A stretch of 32,000 nt of DNA from Gemmata obscuriglobus (GTDB lineage: Bacteria; Planctomycetota; Planctomycetia; Gemmatales; Gemmataceae). Below are positions 8,579 through 17,046 of the stretch, piece by piece; position 1 is the stretch's first letter, and each line of letters opens with the position of its first letter. Below the pieces are notes generated by a model, which saw nothing but the letters and a program-made list of their open reading frames with translations, did no database searches and was not told the DNA's origin. Where the stretch lies: NCBI RefSeq assembly GCF_008065095.1, contig NZ_CP042911.1, positions 4,110,001-4,142,000 on the forward strand. Reading direction: 5' to 3'. A program made the position numbers and the translations under genes.

Positions 8579-9088
8579 GTGGGCGGAGCGGGGCGGGGGG
8601 GGCCATCGTTTCCCCCACGCGGCGCGCTGCTCGGGGTCGACTACGGCACCAAGCGCATCGGGGTCGCGGTGTGCGACCCCGACCGCGTCATTGCCTCGCC
8701 GGTGGGCACGCAGGCGAACGACGCCACCCGCGAGCCCTACTTCCGCGACCTCTGCGCGCGGTCGAAGTTCGCGGGCGTCGTGGTTGGGTTGCCGCTCCAC
8801 GCCAGTGGAGAAGAGAGCCCCATGTCGGGCGAAGCGCGGGCGTTCGCCCGGTGGCTGTCCGACCTCACCGGGCTGCCGGTCGTGATGTGGGACGAGCGGC
8901 ACACGTCCTTCGCCGCCGAAAGCGCGCTGCTCGGCGCCGGGCTCACCCGCAAAAAGCGCAAGGAGAAGGTCGATCGCGTCGCGGCGCAAATGATTCTCCA
9001 AACCTTCATCGACGCCGGGTCCCCGCCGAACGGGAGCGATGTGCCGCCCGCCGGCCCCGATTCCGCTTCGGAACCGGACGCGAATTGA
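8579..9088 (+). CDS. ruvX: Holliday junction resolvase RuvX (YqgF family)
   Basis: The core ALLGVDYGTKRIGVAVCDPDRVIASPV...VVVGLPLHASGEESPMSGEARAFARWL...VVMWDERHTSFAAE matches YqgF/RuvX. The start is uncertain. GTG 8579 is the first in-frame start after manC. The upstream part of track ORF 8261..9088 overlaps manC and is rejected. Confidence 0.75.
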   Translation: MGGAGRGGPSFPPRGALLGVDYGTKRIGVAVCDPDRVIASPVGTQANDATREPYFRDLCARSKFAGVVVGLPLHASGEESPMSGEARAFARWLSDLTGLPVVMWDERHTSFAAESALLGAGLTRKKRKEKVDRVAAQMILQTFIDAGSPPNGSDVPPAGPDSASEPDAN

Positions 9089-9185
9089 AACCCGCTGCAG
9101 TTTGCCTACGTTAGCGGTTGTGTCGGTGGCTCGCCTCTCTCAAGCCGCCCATTCGCTCGCACCGAACCCGGCAGAGGACGCCTGC

Positions 9186-11744
9186 ATGGCTGGTCGTTCG
9201 ATCCGTCCGTACACCGTTCTTCCCCGCCTCCCCGACCGGCTCCGCCCGCTCCAAACGCTCGCCTACAACCTCTGGTGGTGTTGGAACGCGGACGCGGTTG
9301 CCCTGTTCCGGCGCATCAACCCGGACCTGTTCGAGGCGCTGGACCACAGCCCCATCCGGCTGCTCGGCGCCACCGACCAGAGCCGGTTCGAGGAGCTGGA
9401 GCGCGACGACGGGTTCCTCGCGCACATGGACCGCGTCGCGGCCGCGCTGGATCACTACCTGAGCGCCCCGACCTGGTATCAGGATAATCACGCCGGGGAC
9501 GACGCGCGGATCGCGTACTTCTCCGCCGAGTTCGGTATTCACGAGAGCGTTCCGGTGTACTCGGGTGGTCTGGGCGTGCTCGCCGGGGATCACCTGAAGA
9601 GCGCCAGCGACCTCGGGCTCCCGCTCATGGGCGTCACGCTGATGTACCGCGAGGGGTACTTCCGCCAGTACCTCAACGTGGACGGCTGGCAGCAGGAGCG
9701 CTACCCGGAGAACGACTTCTTCACCCTGCCGCTCACGCTCGAAGTCGGTAAGGACGGTGCCCCCATCATCGTGACCGTGCCGCTGCCCGGGCGCGAACTC
9801 GCGCTGAAGGTGTGGCACATTCAGGTCGGTCGCGTCCCGCTGTACCTGCTGGACGCGAACATCCCGCAGAACAAGCCCGAGGACCGCGGGATCACGGCGC
9901 AGCTCTACGGCGGCGACCACCACACCCGCATCCAGCAGGAAATCATCCTGGGCATCGGCGGCATCCGCGCGCTCCGCGCGATGGGCAAGATGCCGACCGT
10001 GTGCCACATGAACGAGGGGCACGCGGCGTTCACCGGCCTCGAACGCATCCGGCTGTTGATCGAGGAACACAAGCTCGACTTCGCCACCGCCTACGAGGCG
10101 GTGAAGGCCGGGACGTGCTTCACCACGCACACGCCGGTGCCCGCCGGCAACGACGCGTTCCCGGTGCAGATGATCGAGCAGTACCTGGGCGAGTACATGG
10201 CCGGCATGGGCATCGACCGCGGCGGCCTCGTCGCGCTCGGCCGCCAGCACCCGGCCAACGAGCAAGAGCCGTTCGGGATGACCGTGCTGGCTCTGAAGCT
10301 GGCGAACGTGTCGAACGGGGTGAGCAAGCTGCACGGCAGCGTGTCGCGCCGGATGTGGAAGGAGCTGTGGCCCGAGCTGCCCGCCAGCGAGGTGCCCATC
10401 ACCAGCATTACCAACGGCGTCCACACGCAGAGCTGGCTCGCGCCCGAGTTCGCTCAACTCTACGACCGGTACCTCGGCATCCAGTGGGAGGAGCGGCCCA
10501 CCGACTTCGCCATCTGGAAGCGGGTGGAGCAGATCCCCGACGGCGAGCTGTGGCGCACCCACGAGCGCGGCCGCGAGCGGCTGGTCGCCCTCGCCCGGAC
10601 CCGGCTGCGGGCGCAACTGAAGCGCCGCGGCGCGCCGCCGTCAGAAGTGGAAGCCGCGGACGAGGTGCTGGACCCCGACGCTCTGACCATCGGGTTCGCG
10701 CGCCGGTTCGCCACTTACAAGCGCGGCGACCTCGTGTTCCGCGACGCCGAGCGGATCGCCCGGCTGGTCGCCAGCACGGACCGCCCGATCCAGTTCATCT
10801 TTTCCGGCAAGGCGCACCCGCAGGACCGCGGCGGGAAGGAGCTGATCCAGCGCGTGTTCCAGCAGTGCCGGAAGCCGGAGTTCCGCAAGCGTGTGGTCTT
10901 CATCGAAGACTACGACATGAGTGTCGCCCGGTACCTCGTGCAGGGCGTGGACGTGTGGCTCAACAACCCGCGCCGCCCGCTGGAGGCGTCGGGCACGAGC
11001 GGGATGAAGATCTGCGGCAACGGCGGGCTGAACCTCAGCATCCTCGACGGCTGGTGGGTGGAGGGTTACGACGGCGACAACGGCTGGGCCATCGGCGCCG
11101 GCGAGGAGTACACCGACCTCCAGTACCAGGACGAGGTGGAGAGCCGGGCGCTGATGGACCTGCTCGAACAGGACATCCTGCCGACGTTCTACAAGCGCGA
11201 CGCCAACGGCCTGCCGCGCGAGTGGATCCGCCGCATGAAGCGCTCGGTCATGAGCCTCGTGCCGGTGTTCAACACCAACCGGATGGTCGAGCAGTACACG
11301 GAGACGTGCTACGTCCCGAGCCACCGCCGCGCCGCGGCGCTCAGCGCGAACCAGCTCGCCGGCGCCAAGGAACTCGCGGCCTGGCGCCGCCGGGTGTCGT
11401 CCGACTGGTCGCAGGTCAGGGTAGAGAGCGTTGAGGCCCCGACCGCGGACACGCTCCGGGTGGGGGGCAGCTTCCCGGTCAAGGTGCGCGTGAACCTCGG
11501 CTCGTTCAAGCCGGAGGACGTCGAAGTGCAGTTGTGCCATGGGGTGCTGGACGCGCTGGGCGACATCGCGGACCCCAAGACCGTGGCCCTGACTGCGAAC
11601 GGCGGTTCGAGCGGTGCGAGCGTGCAATTCGCCGGCGAGGTGTCGTGCCGGTCCAGCGGCCAGTTCGGGTTCGGGGTGCGGGTGCTGCCCAAAAACCAGT
11701 ACCTCGCGCACCTGTTCGAGCCCGGTCTCGTCACCTGGGGCTAA
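9186..11744 (+). CDS. glgP: Alpha-glucan phosphorylase (GT35, long DUF3417-type N-terminus)
   Basis: I take the internal ATG at 9186 of track ORF 9039..11744. LPRLPDRLRPLQTLAYNLWWCWNADAVALF is the typical N-terminus of this family. Other blocks are YFSAEFGIHESVPVYSGGLGVLAGDHLKSASDLGLP, HMNEGHAAF and the pyridoxal-phosphate region EASGTSGMKICGNGGLNLSILDGWW. Confidence 0.9.
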   Translation: MAGRSIRPYTVLPRLPDRLRPLQTLAYNLWWCWNADAVALFRRINPDLFEALDHSPIRLLGATDQSRFEELERDDGFLAHMDRVAAALDHYLSAPTWYQDNHAGDDARIAYFSAEFGIHESVPVYSGGLGVLAGDHLKSASDLGLPLMGVTLMYREGYFRQYLNVDGWQQERYPENDFFTLPLTLEVGKDGAPIIVTVPLPGRELALKVWHIQVGRVPLYLLDANIPQNKPEDRGITAQLYGGDHHTRIQQEIILGIGGIRALRAMGKMPTVCHMNEGHAAFTGLERIRLLIEEHKLDFATAYEAVKAGTCFTTHTPVPAGNDAFPVQMIEQYLGEYMAGMGIDRGGLVALGRQHPANEQEPFGMTVLALKLANVSNGVSKLHGSVSRRMWKELWPELPASEVPITSITNGVHTQSWLAPEFAQLYDRYLGIQWEERPTDFAIWKRVEQIPDGELWRTHERGRERLVALARTRLRAQLKRRGAPPSEVEAADEVLDPDALTIGFARRFATYKRGDLVFRDAERIARLVASTDRPIQFIFSGKAHPQDRGGKELIQRVFQQCRKPEFRKRVVFIEDYDMSVARYLVQGVDVWLNNPRRPLEASGTSGMKICGNGGLNLSILDGWWVEGYDGDNGWAIGAGEEYTDLQYQDEVESRALMDLLEQDILPTFYKRDANGLPREWIRRMKRSVMSLVPVFNTNRMVEQYTETCYVPSHRRAAALSANQLAGAKELAAWRRRVSSDWSQVRVESVEAPTADTLRVGGSFPVKVRVNLGSFKPEDVEVQLCHGVLDALGDIADPKTVALTANGGSSGASVQFAGEVSCRSSGQFGFGVRVLPKNQYLAHLFEPGLVTWG

Positions 11745-11828
11745 CGGTTCCGGCGCCGTAACCTGACACGAGCCACCAGGTCACGGCGTGCAGTTCGGCT
11801 GTTGATGTCTGCTGCACTTTTAGCCGTT

Positions 11829-11890
11829 GTGGCAGAGACAGTAACGCTGTGCGGCCTTCTCGCGACGCACAGCGTTACTGTCTCTGCCAC
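11829..11890. terminator. Perfect 25-bp inverted repeat (hairpin 1 of 3) in the convergent glgP/tricorn gap
   Basis: GTGGCAGAGACAGTAACGCTGTGCG (11829-11853) and its exact reverse complement (11866-11890), with a 12-nt loop. Confidence 0.5.
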
Positions 11891-11900
11891 ACGATACAGA

Positions 11901-11937
11901 ATCGGCCGCTCGCGCCCCCGGTGCGCGAGCGGCCGAT
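11901..11937. terminator. Perfect 15-bp inverted repeat (hairpin 2 of 3)
   Basis: ATCGGCCGCTCGCGC (11901-11915), 7-nt loop ccccggt, GCGCGAGCGGCCGAT (11923-11937). Confidence 0.5.
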
Positions 11938-11948
11938 CGCGTTACGAT

Positions 11949-11976
11949 AGAAGCACCGGTTCACACCGGTGCTTCT
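11949..11976. terminator. Perfect 12-bp inverted repeat (hairpin 3 of 3), adjacent to the tricorn stop codon
   Basis: AGAAGCACCGGT (11949-11960), 4-nt loop tcac, ACCGGTGCTTCT (11965-11976). The arm ends 13 nt before the tricorn stop codon (11990-11992). Confidence 0.5.
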
Positions 11977-11989
11977 TCTGCTTGAGTTC

Positions 11990-14900
11990 TTACGGTTGCA
12001 CGGCGGGGAGTGCCCGCTTCGGGTACTCGGGCCGCACGTCTTTTTTCGGCGGGTTCTTCTTCAGCGCCTCCAGTGCCAATTCGATTGCCTTCTCGAGTTG
12101 CGGATCCTTACCCGCGATCAGGTCCTTCGGCCACATCGTCACGTCGTGGTCCGGCGCCACGCCCTCGTTCTCCACGATGAACCCCTTCTCGGGGTCCCAG
12201 ATCGCGAAGCTCGGCGCGGTCACCGTGCCGCCGTCCATGAGAACCGGGTAGCCGCCGATGCCCACCAGGCCGCCCCAGGTGCGCTTCCCGACCAGCGGGC
12301 CGACCCCGAACTTGCGGAACATGTACGGCAGCATGTCACCGCCGGAGCCGGCGCCCTCGTCGATGATCATGACCTTTGGCCCGAACACCGCGGCGCTCGG
12401 CGACCGGTTGTCGGCCCCGTACCGCGGCGCCCAGTAGCTCGCGAACGGGCGCCGCAGGATGTCGATGTAGTAGTCGGCGATCTGCCCGCCGCCGTTGAAC
12501 CGCTCGTCGATGATGAGCGCTTCCTTGTCGACCTGCGGAAAGAAGTACCGCTTGAAGTCGGCCATCCCGCCGGCCGCGGTGTCGCGCACGTGAACGTAGC
12601 CCACGCGCCCGCCGGTCGCCTGCTCCACCTTCTTGAGGTTCCCCTCCACCCAGTCCATGTTGCGGAGGTTGTAGTCGTTCGCGATCGGCTCCACCGTCAC
12701 CGTGCGCGACTTCGTGCCGTCGGCGTTCGGGCCCACGGTCAGCTCGGTCAACTTGCCCGCGGTGTTCTCGAACAGCGAGTAGATCTCGGTCGGGGCCTTC
12801 AACTCCTTGCCGTTCACAGCGAGGAGGAACTCGCCTTCCTTCACGTTGACGCCGGGGGCGGTCAGCGGCGAGCGCATCGCGGCGCTCCAGTTCAGCCCGC
12901 CGTAGATCTTCTTGAACTTGTAACGTCCTTCGGCGATCTCGTAGTCGGCGCCGAGGAGCCCGCCGGGCACCGTCTTCCGCTCGAAGGGTCGCTCGCCGTA
13001 GCTCGTGATGTAGCTGTGCCCCACCGCCAACTCGGACAGCAGCCACCGGATCACCCGGTACAGGTCGGCGCTGCTCGTGAGGTGCGGGAGGAACACCTCG
13101 TACTTCTTCTTCATGGCTGGCCAGTCGGCGCCGTGCATGTTCGGGTCGTAGAAGAAGTCGCGGTTGATGCGCCACGCCTCTTCGTAGATCTGCTTCCACT
13201 CCGCGCGCGGGTCGACGCGCACCTCGACGTTTTCGAAGTTGACCTTTCCGTCGCCGCCCGCTCCGCCCGCCGGGCTCGGCGCGGGGGCCGCCGGCAACCC
13301 GCCGGGACGGCCGGCGGTGGCGCCGGTCGGAGCACCGCCGCCACCGCCGGCCGCGGTGATGAACCAGTTCCCGCCCCCGGTGGTGTAGAGCAGCTTGCGG
13401 CCGTCCGGGGTGAGTTCGTACCCGATTACGCCGGCCTGCACCACCGACGCGCGCTTGCGATCGAGGTCGTAGCGACTCAGAACACCGCCGCCACCGGGAC
13501 CGCGCCCGCCTTCACCCGCTTCTGAGCGTGTGATGTAGTACACTTGGCCGGCGGTCCCCGCACTCAGCCCGGCGTAGCTCCCGGGGGGCAGCGGGAACGA
13601 GAGGATGCGCTGGTCGATGCCCGCGAAATCGATCGAGAACGCCGGGCCGTCCTTCTTTTCAGACTTCGGGGTCGGACGGTCGGACTCGCCCTTCTCCTCG
13701 TCGCTCTCGCGCAGGAACGGGCTGGGCAGGTCCTTGTTGAGAACCACGAGGTTGATCGACCACCGGGGCTGGCGCGAGTCGGCGGCCGACTGGCTGAACC
13801 CGTGCTTGCTCATCCCCGTGTCGCTGGAGCCGAGGAAGTACACGTACTTGCCGCCCGCGTCGAACGCTGGGTCGGTGGCCTCGGTGAGGCCGTCGGTGAT
13901 CGGCGTGGAGGTGCCCTTTTCCAGCGAGTAGGCGTACACGCGGGAAATCTGCGCCGGGGTGTTGATCGAGTACACCACCCACTTCGAGTCCGGCGACCAG
14001 CTCGACGGCTTCAGCCCGCGCCCCAGGCCGTGCTTCGGCTCCACGACCTTCGTGATCTTGCCCGACTCGACTTCGAGGTAGAACACGGTCTGCGCGTTAT
14101 CACGGAACAGCAGCTTCTTCGAGTCGCGGGACCAGACCGGGTCGAAGTAGAAGCCGTTGCCGCTGAGCTTCACTTTTTTCGGTTCGCCCTTACCGTTTTG
14201 CGGGGCGAGGACGAGCTGGTACTCGCCGCCCGCGTCCGAGAAGTACGCGATGGTCTTGCCGTCCGGGGACCACGCCGGGTTGCGCTCGTGAACGTCCGGC
14301 GTGTTGGTCAGGACGCGGGCGTCCCCCTTTTCGGCCGGGACGGTGACGATCTCACCGCGGAACTCCACCGCCACGCGGGACCCGCTCGGAGAGACGCTGA
14401 CATCACGGACGTACTTCGAACCCTTGGCGAACCGGGGACGCGACTCGCTGTTGTCGATCGCGATGCCGACCTTTAGCCGGGTGGACGCTGATTCGGGCGG
14501 GGTCAGCGTGTGCAGGTAGCCGGCCTGCTCGAAGATCAGCGTTTTGCCGTCTGTGTTGATGTCGAGGACCGGGAAGTCGGTGAACTTGGTGACCGCCTTC
14601 ACGTCCTTGTTGTCGGTGTCGTAGCAGAACACGTTGTAGTCGCCCGCCCGGTCGGAGCGGAAGTACAGCTTCTTGCCGACCCAGTTCGGGTCGAGGTCGT
14701 TGCACCGGTCTTTGGGCTGCGGGATCTCCACCACTTCGTGCGTCTTCACGTCGTAGATCCAGACGCGCGAGTGGGTGCCGCCGCGGTAATTCTTCCACTG
14801 TGGGGTTGCGTCCCGGACCGGCGTGTAAGCGATGTAGTCGCCGTCCGGTGAATAGGCGGCTTCGAAGCCCCAGGGGATGGGGAGCTGGCTCGGCATTCCG

Positions 14901-15349
14901 CCCGTCAGCGGGACCGTGAACAGTTGCGTGTAGCGGTTGCTGTACACGTGCCGCGGGGATGAGAACAGCACGCTCTTGCCGTCCGGCGTGAACCCGCGCA
15001 CGGTGTCGGGCGACGGGTGCGAGGTGAGTCGCGTCGGCGCGCCGCCGGTGACGGGGATGGTGTAAACGTCGACGTTGCCGTCGTACTGGGCGCTGAACGC
15101 GATGGTCTGCCCGTCCGGGCTGAACACGGGGTACGCTTCGAGGCCCAAATCGGTCGTCAGGCGCCGCGGGTTTTTCCCGCCGGCGTCGGCGACCCACAGG
15201 TCGTCGGCGTAGACGAACGCGATGTTCTTCGCGCTGACCGCCGGCATGGTGAGCAGCCGCGTGTCGGTCTGGTCGGGTTGGGCGCGGGCCGCGGGCGCGT
15301 GGACGAAGAGTGCCAGTGTGAGCACGCCGAGCCGCAAGGCGCATCTCAT
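11990..15349 (-). CDS. Tricorn-like protease (TolB/PD40 beta-propellers + PDZ + S41 peptidase core), secreted
   Basis: Signal peptide MRCALRLGVLTLALFVHAPAARAQ. There are many SPDG/PD40-type repeats (FSPDGQTIAF, YSPDGDYIAY, WSPDGKTIAY, WSPDSKWVVY). The C-terminal S41/tricorn blocks are LIIDERFNGGGQIADY and MIIDEGAGSGGDMLPY. Length is 1119 aa. Confidence 0.85.
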   Translation of the reverse strand: MRCALRLGVLTLALFVHAPAARAQPDQTDTRLLTMPAVSAKNIAFVYADDLWVADAGGKNPRRLTTDLGLEAYPVFSPDGQTIAFSAQYDGNVDVYTIPVTGGAPTRLTSHPSPDTVRGFTPDGKSVLFSSPRHVYSNRYTQLFTVPLTGGMPSQLPIPWGFEAAYSPDGDYIAYTPVRDATPQWKNYRGGTHSRVWIYDVKTHEVVEIPQPKDRCNDLDPNWVGKKLYFRSDRAGDYNVFCYDTDNKDVKAVTKFTDFPVLDINTDGKTLIFEQAGYLHTLTPPESASTRLKVGIAIDNSESRPRFAKGSKYVRDVSVSPSGSRVAVEFRGEIVTVPAEKGDARVLTNTPDVHERNPAWSPDGKTIAYFSDAGGEYQLVLAPQNGKGEPKKVKLSGNGFYFDPVWSRDSKKLLFRDNAQTVFYLEVESGKITKVVEPKHGLGRGLKPSSWSPDSKWVVYSINTPAQISRVYAYSLEKGTSTPITDGLTEATDPAFDAGGKYVYFLGSSDTGMSKHGFSQSAADSRQPRWSINLVVLNKDLPSPFLRESDEEKGESDRPTPKSEKKDGPAFSIDFAGIDQRILSFPLPPGSYAGLSAGTAGQVYYITRSEAGEGGRGPGGGGVLSRYDLDRKRASVVQAGVIGYELTPDGRKLLYTTGGGNWFITAAGGGGGAPTGATAGRPGGLPAAPAPSPAGGAGGDGKVNFENVEVRVDPRAEWKQIYEEAWRINRDFFYDPNMHGADWPAMKKKYEVFLPHLTSSADLYRVIRWLLSELAVGHSYITSYGERPFERKTVPGGLLGADYEIAEGRYKFKKIYGGLNWSAAMRSPLTAPGVNVKEGEFLLAVNGKELKAPTEIYSLFENTAGKLTELTVGPNADGTKSRTVTVEPIANDYNLRNMDWVEGNLKKVEQATGGRVGYVHVRDTAAGGMADFKRYFFPQVDKEALIIDERFNGGGQIADYYIDILRRPFASYWAPRYGADNRSPSAAVFGPKVMIIDEGAGSGGDMLPYMFRKFGVGPLVGKRTWGGLVGIGGYPVLMDGGTVTAPSFAIWDPEKGFIVENEGVAPDHDVTMWPKDLIAGKDPQLEKAIELALEALKKNPPKKDVRPEYPKRALPAVQP

Positions 15350-15716
15350 ATCGAGTGCCTCGAGTGAATCGGGAGAGGATATGATGAATGGGCAGCGGAC
15401 ATGATAGCCGTCCCGGGATCGAACGGCGCGGGATTCACACCGGGTTCACGATGGGTGGGAAATGTGGAACGGCGCCCGGGATGGTGGAGATTGTGAACAA
15501 GAGAGCAGGTGTACGGTGTGCTAGTAATGCGAGTGAATGTTAAAGTGATGCTGCGCGCTGAGGTGATTTTAGACATGGTCGTATTATTTGATTGTTTTTT
15601 TCTTGCGGCGGTGGTGCCGTCGGCCCCCGCGCGCTGAGCCGGACGGATGGGAATCGGCTGCGCAGCGGGGAGCCGAAACGATAAACTCACACTGTGCCCA
15701 ACACCGGAGAACACCT

Positions 15717-16982
15717 GTGACGCTGCGCGCCTCGTTCGGACTCGCCAAACGCGTCCTGCTGGAAACAGACAAGCGGCTCCTGTGGAAGCTGGCGTACAAC
15801 ATGGGGTTCAAAGGCGCCCTGTCTGTTCACCGGCACAAGCTGCGGCTCAAACAGGGGCAGGTGTTCCCGCCGTTCCTGTACGTCAGCATCATCAACACCT
15901 GCAACCTGCGGTGCCAGGGGTGCTGGGTCGACGTGAGCATGAAGCAGGAAACGATCAAACCTGCGGCGTTCCACCAACTCGTCCGCGAAGCGAAGCAGAT
16001 GGGGAACGTGTTCTTCGGCATCGTCGGCGGCGAGCCGTTCATGCACCCGCACCTGCTCGACATGCTCGCGGAGCACCCCGACTGCTACTTCCAGATCTTC
16101 ACCAACGGACACTTCATCACGCCCGAGCGGGCCAAGCAGATGCGGCGGCTCGGGAACGTCACGCCCCTCATCTCGGTGGAAGGCACCGAGATCGTCTCCG
16201 ACGAGCGGCGGGGACGGGGAGGGGTGCTCAACCGAACCATGCAGGGGCTTCACAACGCCCTCGACGCCGGCGCCTTTACCGGGGTATGCACCAGCCTCGC
16301 GCGCACCAACATTGATGACCTCTTGCGCGAGGAGTGGATCGACCGGTTGGTGGAGATGGGGGTTCTTTACACGTGGTTCCACGTGTACCGCCCGATGGGG
16401 CCGAACCCGAACCCGGACCTGTGCCTTACTCCAGAACAGGCGCTCCGTGCGCGGCGGTTCGTGGTCGAAATGCGGGCCAAAAAGCCGATCGTGATTATCG
16501 ACGCGTATCACGACGGCGAGGGAAAGGCGCTGTGCCCCGCGGCGACCGGCATCAGTCACCACATCAACCCGTGGGGCGACATCGAGCCGTGCCCGATCGT
16601 GCAATTCTCAACCGAATCGATTCACCGCACGGGTGACACCCGGTCACTCAAGCAGAAGTTCCTCAAGTCCGCTTTTCTTGCCGACTTTCGCACGCTCGCG
16701 GCCGAGACGACGCGCGGGTGCATTGTCCTCGAACGCCCGGATTTGCTGAAGCGGTTAGTCGAGGCGCACGGCGCGAAGGACTCAACCGCCAGGCAAACGG
16801 CGCTCAAGGAACTCGGTGCGATGCGGGTGCGCACGTCGCAATACAACCCCGTTACAGAAGTGCCGGAGAAGAACATCTTCTATCGGTTGGCTAAAAGACT
16901 GTTTTTTAACGATTTCGGGGCGTACACCGGGCATGATGCGCGCCACGCCCAGGAATCCGCGCCGGCCCTGCTCCAGCAGTAG
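15717..16982 (+). CDS. Radical SAM enzyme with twitch-like (partial SPASM) auxiliary-cluster motif
   Basis: The preferred start is GTG 15717, with GGAGA 6 nt upstream. The TTG at 15588 in the track adds an implausible Arg/Trp-rich leader. The CxxxCxxC motif is in INTCNLRCQGCW, followed by GGEPFMHP and FTNG blocks. A C-terminal C-x13-G-x4-C (CPAATGISHHINPWGDIEPC) is followed by a single later Cys (RGCIVL). Confidence 0.8.
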   Translation: MTLRASFGLAKRVLLETDKRLLWKLAYNMGFKGALSVHRHKLRLKQGQVFPPFLYVSIINTCNLRCQGCWVDVSMKQETIKPAAFHQLVREAKQMGNVFFGIVGGEPFMHPHLLDMLAEHPDCYFQIFTNGHFITPERAKQMRRLGNVTPLISVEGTEIVSDERRGRGGVLNRTMQGLHNALDAGAFTGVCTSLARTNIDDLLREEWIDRLVEMGVLYTWFHVYRPMGPNPNPDLCLTPEQALRARRFVVEMRAKKPIVIIDAYHDGEGKALCPAATGISHHINPWGDIEPCPIVQFSTESIHRTGDTRSLKQKFLKSAFLADFRTLAAETTRGCIVLERPDLLKRLVEAHGAKDSTARQTALKELGAMRVRTSQYNPVTEVPEKNIFYRLAKRLFFNDFGAYTGHDARHAQESAPALLQQ

Positions 16983-17046
16983 TCGCCTCATCGCGTCCAG
17001 CAGTCGCCGCCCGGCAATGCGATTCTGTTGCCACGGGCCGAGGCCC

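Noticed and set aside
9111-10616. 501-aa minus-strand ORF and a 540-aa alternate-frame plus ORF (9812..11434), both overlapping glgP.
   Set aside because: Both are low-complexity, Arg/Pro/Ala/His-rich shadows of the glgP frame. glgP itself carries unmistakable phosphorylase motifs.
15401-15496. 31-codon ORF (MIAVPGSNGAGFTPGSRWVGNVERRPGWWRL) in the radical SAM leader.
   Set aside because: It has no SD, no Cys or other RiPP-like features, and mediocre third-position G+C. It overlaps the repeat elements that more plausibly act at the DNA or RNA level.
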